From a virus (lineage: Duplodnaviria > Caudoviricetes), in IMG/VR virus record IMGVR_UViG_3300022858_000263, positions 1 to 29,398 of that record: 29,398 bases of DNA; one strand, given 5' to 3'. How positions within the stretch are numbered: position 1 is the stretch's first letter; each line of letters starts with the position of its first letter. The notes under the pieces were generated by a model. That model was not told where the DNA came from. It worked only from the letters and a program-made list of their open reading frames with translations, and ran no database searches. Below are positions 26,578 through 29,398 of the stretch, piece by piece. Position numbers and translations under genes: made by a program.

Positions 26578-26607
26578 AAAATAACACACTACTAATTAAT
26601 GTGTCAA
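26578..26607 (-). promoter_or_regulatory. Sigma70-type promoter for capsid operon
   Basis: TTGACA (26607-26602), 18 nt spacer ending TGt, TATTTT (26583-26578). Confidence 0.55.
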
Positions 26608-26608
26608 A

Positions 26609-26764
26609 TTATTTTTTTCCAGGAGGACTAAACAATCGCCACTTCTTAGTTTTCAAATTATAAATACAAATACAATCTTTAACACCATTTACTTCAAAAT
26701 CTCCTAATTCCAAGATATACGCATTACCCCTTACTGTAGCTTTTACATTACAAGTTTTTGCCAT
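26609..26764 (-). CDS. Small hypothetical protein (51 aa)
   Basis: Manual translation MAKTCNVKATVRGNAYILELGDFEVNGVKDCICIYNLKTKKWRLFSPPGKK*; starts 2 nt after the previous stop. Confidence 0.6.
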   Translation of the reverse strand: MAKTCNVKATVRGNAYILELGDFEVNGVKDCICIYNLKTKKWRLFSPPGKK

Positions 26765-26766
26765 AA

Positions 26767-27516
26767 TTATTTTTCATCATATTTCTTTAAACAGAATGTC
26801 CTAAAGTCAGCGTTCCAGGAACAGGCATTGGTTTTATCCACAACCTCATCAACAAATTCTTTATCAATCTTATTATGAAGAAGTTGGCAATATTCCTCAG
26901 CCAACTCCCTTAAAATGATTTTCCCTTTCCTTTTCTTCCCAAGCCACGCATTAAATCCCTGTCCACTTTTAATGATATTATCGAGTTCAGCCATTGTAAA
27001 TCTTGATTGCTCTTTGCCAAAAGTCAATAATTCAGCATCATCCCAATTCTTTAGCATTGCAAATTCAACCTTTTGGAAATACATATTGAAATAATGCTTG
27101 AGTAAATTATGTACAAACATTAAAAGTTGGCCATCAATATATTGATCAAGCCATTCATCATCTTCTTCAAAAAGTGAACCATCCAATATTTCAGGCAAAA
27201 TTGACAAAGCTATTGATTCAATCTTATTATTATTTTCATCACTAGAAGCCTTAATTGTGGATTTTTCCAGTAATTCTTTTGATTTTTTGAGGAATAAAGC
27301 TTTTAATCCAGCCTTAAGTAATGGATCTTTAAATTCCAATTTTTCAAAAGCTTGTTCTGTAATTAATCTAATCCTGGTAGTAACATTGGATGTTTCCATT
27401 GTTCTTATGTTCTCAATAAGACAATTTCTCAACAAAGGTGTTACCCTATCAGTTATAAGATCCAAATGCTTTTCATTGTTGATAGTTGCAATTTCTTTTT
27501 CTTTTTGATCAGGCAT
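26767..27516 (-). CDS. Hypothetical helical protein
   Basis: 249-aa ORF with no recognised motif. Confidence 0.75.
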   Translation of the reverse strand: MPDQKEKEIATINNEKHLDLITDRVTPLLRNCLIENIRTMETSNVTTRIRLITEQAFEKLEFKDPLLKAGLKALFLKKSKELLEKSTIKASSDENNNKIESIALSILPEILDGSLFEEDDEWLDQYIDGQLLMFVHNLLKHYFNMYFQKVEFAMLKNWDDAELLTFGKEQSRFTMAELDNIIKSGQGFNAWLGKKRKGKIILRELAEEYCQLLHNKIDKEFVDEVVDKTNACSWNADFRTFCLKKYDEK

Positions 27517-27787
27517 AATTATTGTTTGTTATTTTATATTTAACTGCTTTACATAAGACATCTATAAGTTTTTTTCGTATTGTTTTCTTTTCTTTTGTTT
27601 TATTTACACCAGCCCATAATGGATCTGTAATTGGAACTATGTGGGATAAGTACCAATGATCTTTATGATTACCAATAGCAATTAAATCATCTCCTAAGAA
27701 CTCTATAAAATCTCCAATCGTATTACCTCCTTTGTAACCCAATGCTAAAAGTTCATCAAGCTGTTGTTGTGTACATTCTTTCTTCAT
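27509..27787 (-). CDS. Hypothetical protein
   Basis: 92 aa, overlapping both neighbours. Confidence 0.7.
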   Translation of the reverse strand: MKKECTQQQLDELLALGYKGGNTIGDFIEFLGDDLIAIGNHKDHWYLSHIVPITDPLWAGVNKTKEKKTIRKKLIDVLCKAVKYKITNNNYA

Positions 27788-28527
27788 TAAATATTTACTA
27801 CTCTAGGTGGTAAAACTAAAACTTGCCCATTTCTACGCTTGATAGTGATAATTGGTATTAAAAACCTTTCCCTAAGTGGTATCATCACATTAGTAACTTC
27901 CCCAGCCATTCTTGTATTGATACCACCCTCTTTAACAGTCTTAACCTTATGTACCATACCTCTATCCATTTTCATTTTCTTACGTTCTTCTTTCACTATA
28001 ATAACTTCTTCTCTTAATGTAAATATCTTAATAAGATCCCCAATAGGAAATTCAAAATTATGAGTTTTTTCATTCTCAAAAGTAATAGTAGCTCTTATAA
28101 TATCAACATTATGAAGTTTTGTAATTGGATCTTGATCATGTCTAATAGTCTTTAAATCAGTAACAACACCCAAAGGAGAATCAGCATCTTTTTGCCAAAG
28201 AGCAACCTTACAAGTATAAGTTCTTGGCTTAGCAGCTTTTTCTTCTACTGGCTCTAAATCCCTTTCAAAAATGTTTTGTGGCCTTTGACCACTCATAATC
28301 TGTTGTAACTGATCTTCTGTAAGCTTATAAGTCTTTTCCTTACCATCATCCTCAGTCATTCCAGTATCAGTATTAACAACTTCAGTAGCTTCTTTAGCAG
28401 GTTCAACAGTCTTAAATTCACTAATCTTAACCCTTAATTCATCCGCATCCCAAGCAGGAAGAGGCTCATTGTTTTCAGGATGTCTACCTTTATATTCTTT
28501 TCTTAAATTGTCTATTTCGTTATCCAT
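27787..28527 (-). CDS. Hypothetical head-region protein with N-terminal HeH/LEM-like motif
   Basis: LRKEYKGRH...PAWDADELRVKI small helical motif, acidic linker, beta-rich C-terminal domain. Confidence 0.65.
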   Translation of the reverse strand: MDNEIDNLRKEYKGRHPENNEPLPAWDADELRVKISEFKTVEPAKEATEVVNTDTGMTEDDGKEKTYKLTEDQLQQIMSGQRPQNIFERDLEPVEEKAAKPRTYTCKVALWQKDADSPLGVVTDLKTIRHDQDPITKLHNVDIIRATITFENEKTHNFEFPIGDLIKIFTLREEVIIVKEERKKMKMDRGMVHKVKTVKEGGINTRMAGEVTNVMIPLRERFLIPIITIKRRNGQVLVLPPRVVNI

Positions 28528-28563
28528 AATATAGTTTTATTAAATATTAAATTAAAATGATTA

Positions 28564-29199
28564 TTATTTTTTCTCTTCCTCTTTCTTTTCTTTAGGGTAC
28601 AGATGAGGGAAATTCTCTTGTAGCATAGACTTACCCTTTTCTGTATTAGTGTACCTTTCCTTATCTTTTTTCTCTAAAACAGGAGTATTAGGAACAAATT
28701 GGTTCAAAGCATTAACAGGAGGAACAACACCCTTAATATACCTGTAAGCCTCATTCATCCTGGTAATAACATCTTCTTGTGATTTTGGCTCACCTCCAAA
28801 CTCTAATGATTTCTCATAAGCTTTTTCCAACTCTTTTCCAAGCTCTTCATCACCAGCAGATAAGGCAGTAATAGCCTTTGCCTTTAAGCCATCCTGTTCA
28901 TCCTTCTTACCACTATTTATTTGAGTTTCAAGTTCTGATATTTTAGTAACAGCAGCCTTTTCAACCTCAGTCATTTTTTCAGTTAGCTTGGCTTTTTCTT
29001 CCTCACTAGCTTTTTCAAACTTACGAAAATTAAAATCTTTGCTTTCTAAACCTGAAAATTTAATTTTAAGTTCATCATGTTCAGTTTGCAAAGTTTCTAG
29101 TTTCTCATTACCTTTTAAGAGTTCAGGTAATTTTGCCAACTCTTCAGGGGTAGCATCTATTTCAATTTCATTACCCTCTTCATCAATATATGTAGCCAT
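28564..29199 (-). CDS. Putative capsid scaffolding protein
   Basis: 211-aa E/K-rich coiled coil upstream of the capsid genes. Confidence 0.62.
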   Translation of the reverse strand: MATYIDEEGNEIEIDATPEELAKLPELLKGNEKLETLQTEHDELKIKFSGLESKDFNFRKFEKASEEEKAKLTEKMTEVEKAAVTKISELETQINSGKKDEQDGLKAKAITALSAGDEELGKELEKAYEKSLEFGGEPKSQEDVITRMNEAYRYIKGVVPPVNALNQFVPNTPVLEKKDKERYTNTEKGKSMLQENFPHLYPKEKKEEEKK

Positions 29200-29237
29200 A
29201 ATATTTTTGTGTTAATTTATAAATAAAATACAAGTTC

Positions 29238-29258
29238 CAGCCCTTATTTTGAGGGCTG
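29238..29258. terminator. Stem-loop, possibly bidirectional terminator
   Basis: CAGCCCT-TATTTTG-AGGGCTG with T-rich flanks on both strands. Confidence 0.55.
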
Positions 29259-29398
29259 AGTTTGTTTTTTATTGTTAAGATTGTTTTTTCCTTTATTTTA
29301 TTTTGGTACTTAAATATCTGCTTAGGATTATCACTTGTGATGTAAATAATGTTTTTCATAATTAAATATGTGCATGTGGATCAGTCTGTTGATTACTC

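Larger units (their letters stand above)
1..29398. mobile_element. Tailed dsDNA phage genome segment (podovirus-like layout)
   Basis: Dense phage-type genes. The recombination module on + converges at ~6808 with scaffold/capsid/adaptor/nozzle/fibre/ejection genes on -. No tape measure or sheath gene is recognisable, and no housekeeping genes. Confidence 0.93.

Noticed and set aside
29183-29359. 58-codon minus-strand ORF MKNIIYITSD...
   Set aside because: Crosses the 29238-29258 hairpin and overlaps the scaffold start; no motif, so left uncalled.
1-29398. Alternative genetic code (TGA=Gly or TAG=Gln)
   Set aside because: Long genes, including the Gly-rich fibre, are intact in code 11. TGA stops occur in ATGA couplings (3753-3756, 5758-5761, 5838-5841, 17033-17036), and TGA readthrough does not supply a start for the SWIM gene.

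Overview
AT-rich fragment of a tailed dsDNA bacteriophage genome, probably podovirus-like. No host genes, integrase, terminase or portal are visible; the packaging genes probably lie beyond the right edge. There are two convergent blocks. The + strand block (1-6802) holds early/recombination and accessory genes: partial HNH, putative annealase, YqaJ/lambda-type exonuclease, SSB-like protein, SWIM finger, VRR-NUC, HTH, membrane-anchored lytic transglycosylase, and an orphan multi-ubiquitin-domain gene bracketed by a perfect 26-bp direct repeat. The - strand block (6815-29199) holds virion and lysis genes: scaffold, capsid decoration protein, major capsid protein, fibre-like proteins, holin-like proteins, adaptor, nozzle, Gly-rich fibre, three likely ejection proteins (one with a CHAP domain) and a C39-like peptidase. 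The genetic code is standard, Shine-Dalgarno motifs are essentially absent, and sigma70-type promoters are present. This fits a CPR/Patescibacteria- or Bacteroidota-like host (inference only). Most notable: a possible phage decoy of bacterial ubiquitin-like defence, tail-fibre-like proteins with Sec signal peptides, an A9 slippery site that could fuse SSB to SWIM, and structured leaders behind the early and capsid promoters. All family calls come from motif recognition by eye, not from database searches.
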